Below are positions 1 to 8,070 of a stretch of DNA of 53,977 nucleotides, piece after piece (within the stretch, counting starts at the first letter, position 1; each line of letters starts with the position of its first letter). Below the pieces are notes generated by a model, which searched no databases, was not told the DNA's origin, and saw only the letters and a list, made by a program, of their open reading frames with translations. The DNA comes from an uncultured bacterium (GTDB lineage Bacteria; Patescibacteriota; Minisyncoccia; Phycocordibacterales; UBA9973). The translations under genes were made by a program, and so were the position numbers. The DNA is taken from assembly GCA_903907175.1 (NCBI GenBank), contig CAIVNB010000036.1, positions 1-53,977 on the forward strand, written 5' to 3'.

Positions 1-141
1 ATTATGGAAGGTCTACTACGCAGAATACAAGACCCGTTGTGCCGAACAATGCACAAAATTATGGAAGGTCTACTACGCAGAATACAAGACCCGTTGTGCC
101 GAACAATGCACAAAATTATGGAAGGTCTACTACGCAGAATA
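1..141 (+). repeat. Perfect 57-nt tandem direct repeat. There are two full copies (1-57, 58-114) plus 27 nt of a third (115-141), and the array is cut by the window edge.
   Basis: The unit attatggaaggtctactacgcagaatacaagacccgttgtgccgaacaatgcacaaa reads twice without mismatch. 57 nt equals 19 codons, in frame with partial CDS 3-218. Confidence 0.9.
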
Positions 142-218
142 ATGCGTCAAGCTATGTAAGGCCGACGCAGAATAATGCCCCACGTTATAGCAATAGCGGT
201 AGGACATTATTACATTGA
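3..218 (+). CDS. 3' end of a CDS that enters from upstream of the window. The C-terminus is N/Q/T/R-rich with 19-aa tandem repeats (YGRSTTQNTRPVVPNNAQN).
   Basis: The frame starting at nt 3 is open to TGA at 216-218 and is followed by a hairpin plus T-run. The other two frames stop inside or just after the repeats (TAA 136-138, TAA 158-160) with no terminator immediately after. It is not in the ORF track because it has no start in the window. Confidence 0.4.
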   Translation, partial: YGRSTTQNTRPVVPNNAQNYGRSTTQNTRPVVPNNAQNYGRSTTQNNASSYVRPTQNNAPRYSNSGRTLLH

Positions 219-233
219 TTTTCAATATCTTAT

Positions 234-280
234 AAGGGATGACAATTTTTTTTGTCACCCCTTATTTTTTTTGTTTTTTA
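234..280 (+). terminator. Rho-independent terminator
   Basis: Arms aagggatgaca (234-244) and tgtcacccctt (253-263) form an 11-bp stem with one mismatch, followed by T8-G-T6. Confidence 0.6.
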
Positions 281-339
281 AATACATGTAAGTATTTCGT
301 CCTTAATACGTCGAAATTAATAGAGGTATTGTCAAGGTC

Positions 340-367
340 TTGACTTATATTTTTAATATGATATACT
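340..367 (+). promoter_or_regulatory. Sigma70-like promoter, cassette copy 1
   Basis: -35 TTGACT (340-345), 16-nt spacer, extended -10 TGaTATACT (-10 at 362-367). An almost identical block (cTTGACTTATA...aTGATATACTAC) recurs at 1531-1562. Confidence 0.5.
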
Positions 368-413
368 ACAGAAGACGTTAGAAAGATCTTTGAAAAAAAT
401 AGTTTTGGTTTTT

Positions 414-465
414 CTTCTATTGGTCTTCCCAGCTTTTTGAAAAAGGTTGAGAAGGCCAATAGAAG
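414..465 (+). promoter_or_regulatory. Long stem-loop in the 5' leader of the 475 gene
   Basis: cttctattggtcttc (414-428) pairs with gaaggccaatagaag (451-465), giving 15 bp with one G-U. An inner CTTTTT/AAAAAG pairing is present. gaaggc (451-456) can alternatively pair with gccttc (465-470), next to the start codons. Confidence 0.35.
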
Positions 466-474
466 CCTTCATGT

Positions 475-1368
475 ATGTTTAATTTAAAACCAAATCCTAT
501 TATGAAAAATTTAGTTTTAATGCTCGTTGTTGGTTTTATTTTTCTTGTAGGCTGCAAAGGGCCTAAGGAAATAACCAAATCAGCTTCAACTGAAAAGATT
601 GAAGCAGTACTGATGCCTTTTACTCAGGCATACCTACACGACCTCTCACCGGAGGATTCTGTAATTTGTTTGAATAATACTTATTTTCGTAACAGTTGCC
701 AGATTGTTATATCTTTAAGGATATTTCAGCCTCATAAGCCATTTAAAGTAGAAAATGGTATTCCCTGCAAACAGAACAATGACGTCATAGTCATAAGGAA
801 AGTCTTAAAAATGACGCCTGGGAACATCAAAGATGTGAAATTTTACAAAAGCAATCCAAAAGTGATGCTTGCCCTCCTTGTGTCTTTTGATCAAGGGGAT
901 GCAACCTATCAATTACAATTCTTCCGTCGGGAAGATGGGACATTCACCTTATCTGCAAAAGCAAAGATGTTATACGACGGCAAGTCGTATGATGTCGATG
1001 CCACAGTTTCTTCTTCTGAAGATTGCATTCTCGTATTTTATGGAGACGAGAAGAAGGATCCGAAAGTGGATGAAGATAATGCAAAAGGAATCAATGTTGG
1101 CTCAAGTGCTAATGCGAGTACAAGTACCAAAGAAAGTGTAGGTGCAAATACTGGCAGTTCACCCATTCCTGCGAATGGTCAGGAACCTAAGAAACAGTTA
1201 GATAATCATGAGTTTCTTTTTGGCACAACTTCTCCTACTCAGGTCGTTGAAAAAAAGACCGACGAGGTAAAAACTCCACCTTCTGCCCCGGCAGAGCAAA
1301 GCGTTGTGACGGATGTAAAAAATCCTCCCAACCCTCCTGTTCAAAAAAAGCAGGTGAAAAAAAAGTAA
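475..1368 (+). CDS. Hypothetical lipoprotein with a low-complexity P/K/T-rich C-terminus
   Basis: ORF track, 297 aa. A signal peptide ends in the lipobox LVGC. An alternative start is M10 at 502 (MKNLVLMLVVGFIFLVGC). I do not recognise a family. Confidence 0.7.
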   Translation: MFNLKPNPIMKNLVLMLVVGFIFLVGCKGPKEITKSASTEKIEAVLMPFTQAYLHDLSPEDSVICLNNTYFRNSCQIVISLRIFQPHKPFKVENGIPCKQNNDVIVIRKVLKMTPGNIKDVKFYKSNPKVMLALLVSFDQGDATYQLQFFRREDGTFTLSAKAKMLYDGKSYDVDATVSSSEDCILVFYGDEKKDPKVDEDNAKGINVGSSANASTSTKESVGANTGSSPIPANGQEPKKQLDNHEFLFGTTSPTQVVEKKTDEVKTPPSAPAEQSVVTDVKNPPNPPVQKKQVKKK

Positions 1369-1400
1369 TCGTGCAATTATAATAATAATGCATTTAACCA

Positions 1401-1435
1401 AAACCGGGACCAAAGGATTCCGGTTTTTTTCTTTT
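1401..1435 (+). terminator. Rho-independent terminator
   Basis: aaaccgg (1401-1407) pairs with ccggttt (1420-1426), followed by a T-run. Confidence 0.6.
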
Positions 1436-1531
1436 ATTTAGTTAGATAATTAGATATTTTTATTACATTTTATATATGAAATAATTTCATATCTGGTACG
1501 TCTAAGTTAATGAATTTAGGTAGTGTAGCAC

Positions 1532-1560
1532 TTGACTTATAAACCACGACATGATATACT
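1532..1560 (+). promoter_or_regulatory. Sigma70-like promoter, cassette copy 2
   Basis: -35 TTGACT (1532-1537), 17-nt spacer, extended -10 TGaTATACT (-10 at 1555-1560). This is a paralogue of the 340-367 promoter. Confidence 0.5.
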
Positions 1561-1607
1561 ACTGACGTTAAATAGCTCTTTAAAAACGTTTATTTTTAGC
1601 TTATTTT

Positions 1608-1653
1608 GATTAGTTTTCCTAGTATTTCTATAGGAATATTGGGATAACTAATC
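1608..1653 (+). promoter_or_regulatory. Long stem-loop in the 5' leader of the 1692 gene
   Basis: gattagtt (1608-1615) pairs with aactaatc (1646-1653). An inner pairing joins ttccta (1616-1621) and taggaa (1631-1636). Confidence 0.35.
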
Positions 1654-1691
1654 AAGATAAACAATAATAACGAAAAAATAAAAAAACGGGT

Positions 1692-2303
1692 ATGGTACAC
1701 AGGATTATTCTTTTTTTGGTTTTAACCATCGGGTTAACCCAGAACGGTCAAGGGCAGTCGACAGTGTCCTACGAAAGAACCAATTACGTCACAGTAGCCG
1801 ACGTAAAAAAATATGCCCTGGACAATAACAGCTGGGGGAAAAAACTTGTAAAAAACGTGAACCACGCATTATCTAATGCTGGGGAGAGTTTAGATCTGAC
1901 TGAGAGAGATATTCCTTGGATATTCAATCACATTTCTTATGAATATTCGGGAGAAGATATGGCTCCCGTTTTCCGTTATGGGAGATGTTCCTTCATTGTG
2001 TTTGAGACTAGAAATTCAAATCAGGTAAAACTGACTTGTTCAAACACATGGACGAAAAGTTCTCGCGAGAAAACCTATGCATCCAGAGAAAAAGAGTGGT
2101 CATATGAAGCTCCGAAGTTGGATCTTCAAAAAGAAGAAGGGAAAAAGAAGTTCCGCTTCGGTCCACTTATCATTTCTGCAAGTATCGCAACTTTTCTCGG
2201 ACAGGTTATAGGAGGATATTTTATCTGGAAAAATCAACAGCCAGGACCTTCTTCTCCTCCTGAAGATACAGGATCACCAGTAACTCCTCCTGGTGGACCA
2301 TGA
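1692..2303 (+). CDS. Hypothetical secreted protein with a C-terminal TM anchor and a Pro-rich tail
   Basis: ORF track, 203 aa. It has an N-terminal signal-like segment (IILFLVLTIGL), a C-terminal hydrophobic segment (LIISASIATFLGQVIGGYFIW) and a TGA stop. Confidence 0.7.
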   Translation: MVHRIILFLVLTIGLTQNGQGQSTVSYERTNYVTVADVKKYALDNNSWGKKLVKNVNHALSNAGESLDLTERDIPWIFNHISYEYSGEDMAPVFRYGRCSFIVFETRNSNQVKLTCSNTWTKSSREKTYASREKEWSYEAPKLDLQKEEGKKKFRFGPLIISASIATFLGQVIGGYFIWKNQQPGPSSPPEDTGSPVTPPGGP

Positions 2304-2311
2304 TATTTTTT

Positions 2312-2357
2312 GTGAAGCAAGCAGACGAATTTTATTTGTTTGCTTCACAACTTTTTT
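2312..2357 (+). terminator. Rho-independent terminator
   Basis: gtgaagcaagca (2312-2323) pairs with tgtttgcttcac (2337-2348), giving 12 bp with one G-U, followed by aacTTTTTT. Confidence 0.65.
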
Positions 2358-2445
2358 AAGTCTTGAACGTTTCGAAAACGTTAAAGGTTTAAAATTGTAA
2401 ATTTCCGCCAGGGGCGGATAAAAATTAAAAAAATTATTAGTAATT

Positions 2446-4698
2446 ATGAAAAATAATATGAAAAAAATAATAATATCGTTGTTTGCTTTTGCTTTCCTTT
2501 TTATGGGGAATAGTGTTTTTGCGTATGTGTCTTGGAATACAAGTTCAAACGACTGCCCAGGTAGTGGTATAGGGAATTACACTACGGGTGCAGGTATTCC
2601 ACCAACTGGTTCGAATAACTGCTGGAATCTTACAAACGTATCAGCAACTCCAGGACAGACAATCAACGTTCAATTGTATTATCACAACACAGGCAATCAA
2701 CCTGCCACAAATACTAAAGTTTATATATCAGTTTCTCCTGCAATAGGGACTGCATCTACTGTTCATACTTTCACAAGTAGTCTCACTGCTTCTCCATCAG
2801 GAACAGCTCTAGGCACTACAACTCTCACACTTCCAACTGCTCAGGCATTAACTTTTGGTTCTACTTACTGGTATCCAAATCAAAGTAGCACTCCTATCAT
2901 GAGTGGCAGTGAAATTATTACTTCAAACGGTCTTTATCTTGGAACAATAAATCAGGGATGGCCTTCACAAGGTTCTGTTGTTGTAAGTTTTCAAGTCAAC
3001 AATCCACCCCCTTGTTCTATAACAAATTTTAACGCAAATCCAAACCAAATTAATCTAGGAGGTTCTTCGACATTGTCTTGGGCCACCAATAATTGTGTTT
3101 CAGCAAGCATCTCTCCAGGTATCGGTAATGTAAATCCTTCCAGTGGTTCTCAGATAGTTTACCCAACTCAAACAACCACTTACACCTTAACTGCAACAGG
3201 AGCAAATGGGGGACCTATATATCAGACAAAAACAGTGACAGTTCTACAACCCAATTGTTCAATCACTAATTTTAATGCAAATCCAAATCAAATTAATTTA
3301 GGAGGTTCTTCGACATTGTCTTGGGCTACTAGTAATTGTTTATATACAAATATTTCAACAATTGGAAATGTTCCAACTTCAGGTTCTCAGGTAGTTTCTC
3401 CAACTATCACCACTACTTATGTATTAACAGCAACAGGAGCAAATGGAGCAAGTGTTACTCAGTCAAAAACGGTAACAGTAATTCAACCTAATTGTTCAAT
3501 CACTAATTTCAATGCAAGTCCTAATCAGATTAATTTAGGTCAGTCTTCAACATTATCTTGGGCTACCAATAATTGTGTTTCAGCAAGCATCTCTCCGGGT
3601 ATTGGAAATGTAAATCTTACTGGTTCACAAGTTGTGTATCCAACCCAAACCACTACTTACACATTAACTGCAACAGGAGCAAATGGTAGTTCTATTTATC
3701 AGACAAAGACAGTCATAGTTCTTCAACCTAATTGTTCAATCACTAATTTCAACGCAAGTCCTTCTTCTATAAATTTGGGCCAATCTTCAACATTGTCTTG
3801 GGCTACTAGTAATTGTACATATGTAAGTATCTCAACAATAGGGAATGTGAATCTTTCTGGCTCACAAATTGTGTATCCAATTCAAACTACTACTTATGTC
3901 CTAACAGCAACTGGAGCAAATGGATCAAGTGTTACTCAATCAAAAACTGTAACAGTAATTCAGCCAAATTGTTCAATCACTAATTTTAATGCAAGTCCTA
4001 ATCAGATTAATCTAGGTCAGTCATCAACTTTGTCTTGGGCTACTAGCAACTGTACATATATAAGCATCTCGGGTATTGGAAACGTAAATCCTACCGGTTC
4101 ACAAGTTGTGTATCCAACCCAAACCACTACCTACACACTAACTGCAACAGGTTCAAACGGATCATCTATTTACCAAACAGTTACTGTAACCGTTCTACAA
4201 TCAAATTGTTCAATCACTAACTTTATTGCAAGTCCAAACCAAATTACTTCAGGTCAACCTTCAACATTAACTTGGGCTACTAACAATTGTACTTCAGCAA
4301 GTATCACAGGAGTTGGAAGTGTTCCAGTAAATGGTTCACAAATAGTTTACCCAAGCGGGACTACTACCTACACTTTAACTGCATATGGATCAAATGGATC
4401 ACCAGTAACTCAATCTGTTACTGTGACCGTAAATCAATCTAGTTGTACAATCAATAGCTTTACTGCAAATCCAAATCAAATTACCCTAGGTCAATCTTCA
4501 ACATTGTCTTGGAACACAACTAATTGTATTTCAGTAAATATTTCAAATGTCGGAAACGTAAATCCTACCGGTTCACAAGTTGTGTATCCAAATCAATCGA
4601 CTACTTATATCTTAACTGCTTATGGTTCTAATGGGCTATCTATCTATCAAACAGTAAGAATTACAGTCAATAATTATAAATTAGACAGAGCACGTTAA
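2446..4698 (+). CDS. Secreted repeat protein: signal peptide, ~160-aa N-terminal domain, then 7 copies of a ~80-aa two-Cys Ig-like repeat, with no membrane anchor
   Basis: ORF track, 750 aa. The signal peptide reads FAFLFMGNSVFA/Y. Repeats begin CSITNFNA.PNQINLG.SSTLSWAT.NC. Confidence 0.9.
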   Translation: MKNNMKKIIISLFAFAFLFMGNSVFAYVSWNTSSNDCPGSGIGNYTTGAGIPPTGSNNCWNLTNVSATPGQTINVQLYYHNTGNQPATNTKVYISVSPAIGTASTVHTFTSSLTASPSGTALGTTTLTLPTAQALTFGSTYWYPNQSSTPIMSGSEIITSNGLYLGTINQGWPSQGSVVVSFQVNNPPPCSITNFNANPNQINLGGSSTLSWATNNCVSASISPGIGNVNPSSGSQIVYPTQTTTYTLTATGANGGPIYQTKTVTVLQPNCSITNFNANPNQINLGGSSTLSWATSNCLYTNISTIGNVPTSGSQVVSPTITTTYVLTATGANGASVTQSKTVTVIQPNCSITNFNASPNQINLGQSSTLSWATNNCVSASISPGIGNVNLTGSQVVYPTQTTTYTLTATGANGSSIYQTKTVIVLQPNCSITNFNASPSSINLGQSSTLSWATSNCTYVSISTIGNVNLSGSQIVYPIQTTTYVLTATGANGSSVTQSKTVTVIQPNCSITNFNASPNQINLGQSSTLSWATSNCTYISISGIGNVNPTGSQVVYPTQTTTYTLTATGSNGSSIYQTVTVTVLQSNCSITNFIASPNQITSGQPSTLTWATNNCTSASITGVGSVPVNGSQIVYPSGTTTYTLTAYGSNGSPVTQSVTVTVNQSSCTINSFTANPNQITLGQSSTLSWNTTNCISVNISNVGNVNPTGSQVVYPNQSTTYILTAYGSNGLSIYQTVRITVNNYKLDRAR
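3013..4695 (+). repeat. Coding tandem array, 7 x ~237-243 nt (79-81 aa)
   Basis: Repeat-initial TGT codons lie near 3013, 3256, 3493, 3733, 3970, 4207 and 4444. Odd and even copies alternate (..IYQT..LQPN versus ..VTQS..IQPN). Confidence 0.9.
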
Positions 4699-4719
4699 AA
4701 TTAATCATTTATTAATAAT

Positions 4720-7700
4720 ATGAAAAATTACATTACAAAAAAAACAATAATAATTCTAGGTCTTGCTTTCCTTCTTTTGGGAGGTAATGTTTTTGCCAAA
4801 AATCTTGCACCGCTAAGTTGTTCAATCACCAGTTTTAACGCAAATCAAACTACCATTTATCTAGGTCAATCTTCAACATTGTCTTGGAGTACGAATGATT
4901 GTGTGTTGGCAAATATTTCTCCGAACGTTGGTAACGTAAACACAACAGGAACTCAAGCTGTATATCCGACCAGTACAACTACCTACACCTTAACTGCATA
5001 TGGAGCAAATGGAACTTCAGTAACTCAATCTTTGATTATAAATGTTCTTCCGCAAGCTTGTTCGATTTCTAGTTTCAATGCATATCCAACTTCTATTAGT
5101 CCAGGTCAATCCTCAACACTATCTTGGAGTACAAATGATTGTGTATCAGCAAGTATTTCTCCGAACGTTGGTAACGTAAACACAACAGGAACTCAAGCTG
5201 TATATCCAATGACTACAACTACTTATACATTGACTGCATACGGAGCAAACGGAACTTCAGTAACTCAATCTTTAACCATAGCTGTTCAACAGTCAGCTTG
5301 TTCAATAGTAAATTTTAACGCAATTCCTTCTGTTATCAATTTAGGGCAATTCTCGACTTTATCTTGGGCTACTAATAATTGTACTTCAGTAACTATTTCA
5401 AATCTTAACTATCTTGTTCCTACCTCGGGATCTCAAGATGTATATCCAACTGCTACAACTACATATGTTTTGACTGCGTACGGAGTAAATGGGTCAACAG
5501 TTACTCAATCTAAAACTGTGACTGTAACTCAACAAAATTGTTCAATAGTAAATTTTAATGCAAACCCGAATACTATTACTTCAGGTCAATCTTCAACACT
5601 GACTTGGGTTACTAATAACTGTACCTCAGTAAGTATTTCAAATATTGGAAGTGTCTCAGTAAATGGTTCACAAACAGTATCTCCAATTATCACTACTACA
5701 TATGTTTTGACTGCTACAGGTTCTAGTGGAATCCCATTAACTCAATCTCAAACTGTGACTGTAAATCAGGTTCAAAATAATTGTTCAATTTCAAGTTTCT
5801 TGGCAAATCCAACCTCAATAAATTCAGGTGGATCTTCCACTCTAACTTGGGCTACTAATAATTGTACTTCTGTAACTATTTCAAATCTTGGATACAATGT
5901 TCCAACTTCAGGGACTCAAGTTATTTATCCAACTCAAACGACTACGTATTTGTTAACAGCATATGATGCAAATGGAACTTCAGTAACCCAATCTCAAACT
6001 GTAACTGTGAATCAAATTCAGAATTGTTCAATTTCAAGTTTTTCTGCAAACCCAACTTATTTAAATTCAAGTGGCTCCTCAACCCTAACTTGGGCTACTA
6101 GCAATTGTACTTCTGTAAATATCTCAAATATTGGAAGTGTTTCAGTTAGTGGTTCACAGGTAGTGTATCCAACAGTTACCACTACTTATGTTTTAACTGC
6201 ATATGGGGGAAGTGGAGCATCAGTAACACAATCTGTCACCGTAACAGTAAATCAAGTTCAGAATTGTTCTATTTCTTACTTTTCTGCAAGTCCAACATAT
6301 TTAAATTCAAGTGGTTCATCAACTCTCTCTTGGGCTACTAATAATTGTACTTCTGTAACTATTTCAAATCTTGGATACAATGTTCCAACTTCTGGAACTC
6401 AAGTTATTTATCCAACATATACAACTTCTTATACCTTAACTGCTTATGGATCAAATGGAACACCAGTAACGCAGTCTGTTACAATAACAGTAAATAATCA
6501 ATTCCAAAATTGTTCTATCACAAACTTTACAGTAAATGGTTCTTCAAGTGCTACAGTACAGTCAGGTAGTGCTGTAAATTTATACTGGAATACGACTGGC
6601 AATTGTTCTGTAAATATCTCTGGTCCTAATTTTAACAGTAGTAATGCAAGTGGAAGTCAAACAATATATCCAACATATTCTGGTACTTATACTTTAGTTG
6701 CATATGGTTCAGGTTCCGGAAATCAGACACAAAGTGTTTATGTGAATGTGAATAGTAATCAATATAATAATTGTACAATTTCAAGTTTTAGCGCAAGTCC
6801 AACTTCTATAAATTATGGCGGGCTCTCAACATTATCTTGGAGTACGAGCAATTGTTCATCTGTAAGTATTACAAATATTGGAAGTGTAAATAACTATGGT
6901 AGTCAGACAGTATATCCTACAAGTACTACGAATTACATCATCAATGCCTACGGTTCGAATGGTGGGATACCAGTTACTCAAACCATACAAATTTATGTAA
7001 ATAATTATGTCCCTCCTCCAACTCCAATTTACAATACTTGTGCAGTAACTGGAGTTGCTACAAATATTACAAAAAATAGTGTTACCTTAAATGGATTAAT
7101 TACAAATAATTTAAATTCATATGGTGCTAATACATATTTTGAATATGGTACGACAGTAGATCTAGGGCGACAAACAAATCCTCGATCAGCTAGTGGTAAT
7201 ACCACATTTAGTGAAACACTTACAGGTCTTTCCACGAACACGATATATTTTTATCGTTTAGTTTCAAATTGTAACAATAATATCTCGAGAGGAGCAATTG
7301 AAATATTTCAAACTTCTGGGTCAGCAACCACGACAACAATAATCAATCAAGGTACAACAATAATAGGAACAGAATCTCCTATTATGTTAAGAATTGAGAA
7401 TCGCTACCAGTCATTTAGAGTAGGTGATAGTGTTGATTATACAGTTACTTATAAAAATATAAGTAACAAGACATTGACTCGTCCAATCTTGCAGGTAATT
7501 ATCCCAAAAGGGATAACTTTCTTAAACTCTTCACGTGGTACATATTCAAATAATACATATACACTTACGGTTTCACTTGAAGATTTAACTCCAAACTTAG
7601 AAGGTGTAGTTTACGTACAAGGACGAGTTGATTCTATTGATTCTGGTAATGCTCAGATAGTAACAACAGCACTTCTTGTCTATACCAATAAAAATGGTGC

Positions 7701-7920
7701 TCAAGAAAACGCAATGGCTTATGTCTTAAATAATCCTATGGGGAATAATTCACTTACTGCAGCTGCGTTCTTCTCAGGATTTTGGGGGCTTGGAGTTATT
7801 GGGTGGTTGTTAGTTTTAATCATCATACTATTGTTGATTTTACTCTTCCGAAAATATTTATATCGAAGACCATTCAACACAACTACAACTACACACACAG
7901 ATACTCACGAACAATACTAA
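4720..7920 (+). CDS. Membrane-anchored repeat protein: signal peptide, 9 copies of the same ~80-aa two-Cys repeat, an FN3-like domain, a DUF11/CARDB-like domain, and a C-terminal TM anchor
   Basis: ORF track, 1066 aa. It starts 21 nt after the previous gene. The C-terminal segment is GLGVIGWLLVLIIILLLILLF followed by RKYLYRR. Confidence 0.9.
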   Translation: MKNYITKKTIIILGLAFLLLGGNVFAKNLAPLSCSITSFNANQTTIYLGQSSTLSWSTNDCVLANISPNVGNVNTTGTQAVYPTSTTTYTLTAYGANGTSVTQSLIINVLPQACSISSFNAYPTSISPGQSSTLSWSTNDCVSASISPNVGNVNTTGTQAVYPMTTTTYTLTAYGANGTSVTQSLTIAVQQSACSIVNFNAIPSVINLGQFSTLSWATNNCTSVTISNLNYLVPTSGSQDVYPTATTTYVLTAYGVNGSTVTQSKTVTVTQQNCSIVNFNANPNTITSGQSSTLTWVTNNCTSVSISNIGSVSVNGSQTVSPIITTTYVLTATGSSGIPLTQSQTVTVNQVQNNCSISSFLANPTSINSGGSSTLTWATNNCTSVTISNLGYNVPTSGTQVIYPTQTTTYLLTAYDANGTSVTQSQTVTVNQIQNCSISSFSANPTYLNSSGSSTLTWATSNCTSVNISNIGSVSVSGSQVVYPTVTTTYVLTAYGGSGASVTQSVTVTVNQVQNCSISYFSASPTYLNSSGSSTLSWATNNCTSVTISNLGYNVPTSGTQVIYPTYTTSYTLTAYGSNGTPVTQSVTITVNNQFQNCSITNFTVNGSSSATVQSGSAVNLYWNTTGNCSVNISGPNFNSSNASGSQTIYPTYSGTYTLVAYGSGSGNQTQSVYVNVNSNQYNNCTISSFSASPTSINYGGLSTLSWSTSNCSSVSITNIGSVNNYGSQTVYPTSTTNYIINAYGSNGGIPVTQTIQIYVNNYVPPPTPIYNTCAVTGVATNITKNSVTLNGLITNNLNSYGANTYFEYGTTVDLGRQTNPRSASGNTTFSETLTGLSTNTIYFYRLVSNCNNNISRGAIEIFQTSGSATTTTIINQGTTIIGTESPIMLRIENRYQSFRVGDSVDYTVTYKNISNKTLTRPILQVIIPKGITFLNSSRGTYSNNTYTLTVSLEDLTPNLEGVVYVQGRVDSIDSGNAQIVTTALLVYTNKNGAQENAMAYVLNNPMGNNSLTAAAFFSGFWGLGVIGWLLVLIIILLLILLFRKYLYRRPFNTTTTTHTDTHEQY
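4819..7000 (+). repeat. Coding tandem array, 9 x ~240 nt
   Basis: The 47-nt string ccgaacgttggtaacgtaaacacaacaggaactcaagctgtatatcc is identical at 4921-4967 and 5161-5207. A ~60-nt identical stretch occurs at 5848-5909 and 6331-6392, a two-repeat offset. Confidence 0.9.
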
Positions 7921-7934
7921 AATAATAAACAAAA

Positions 7935-7961
7935 AAACCCACGAATTGTGGGTTTTTTTGT
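7935..7961 (+). terminator. Rho-independent terminator
   Basis: aaacccac (7935-7942) pairs with gtgggttt (7948-7955), followed by a T-run. Confidence 0.7.
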
Positions 7962-8070
7962 TTTGGTATTTAAGGTATTTATGTTATTCTATTTTCAATA
8001 AATAGTTCATTGGTTATAAAAGGGCGGGAGTCTTTTTAGCCTTAATTAAAGACACGATAAATATTTTTAT

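Noticed and set aside
262-459. A 65-aa minus-strand ORF.
   Set aside because: It overlaps the plus-strand promoter and leader cassette that is duplicated at 1531-1653. Its 3' end runs into the terminator at 234-280. Its composition is typical of AT-rich non-coding sequence.
2404-2418. Short GC hairpins: TCCGCCaggGGCGGA at 2404-2418, TCCGCtttaaGCGGA at 37074-37088, and CCCGCCtttGGTGGG at ~19570-19584.
   Set aside because: They have only 5-6 bp stems without T-runs. Three loosely similar copies are not enough to call a repeat family or terminators.
2446-7920. I considered whether the regular ~240-nt periodicity marks a CRISPR array or a satellite.
   Set aside because: The period is a multiple of 3 and lies entirely inside two long ORFs. 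There is no unique-spacer/constant-repeat structure. These are protein-coding domain repeats.
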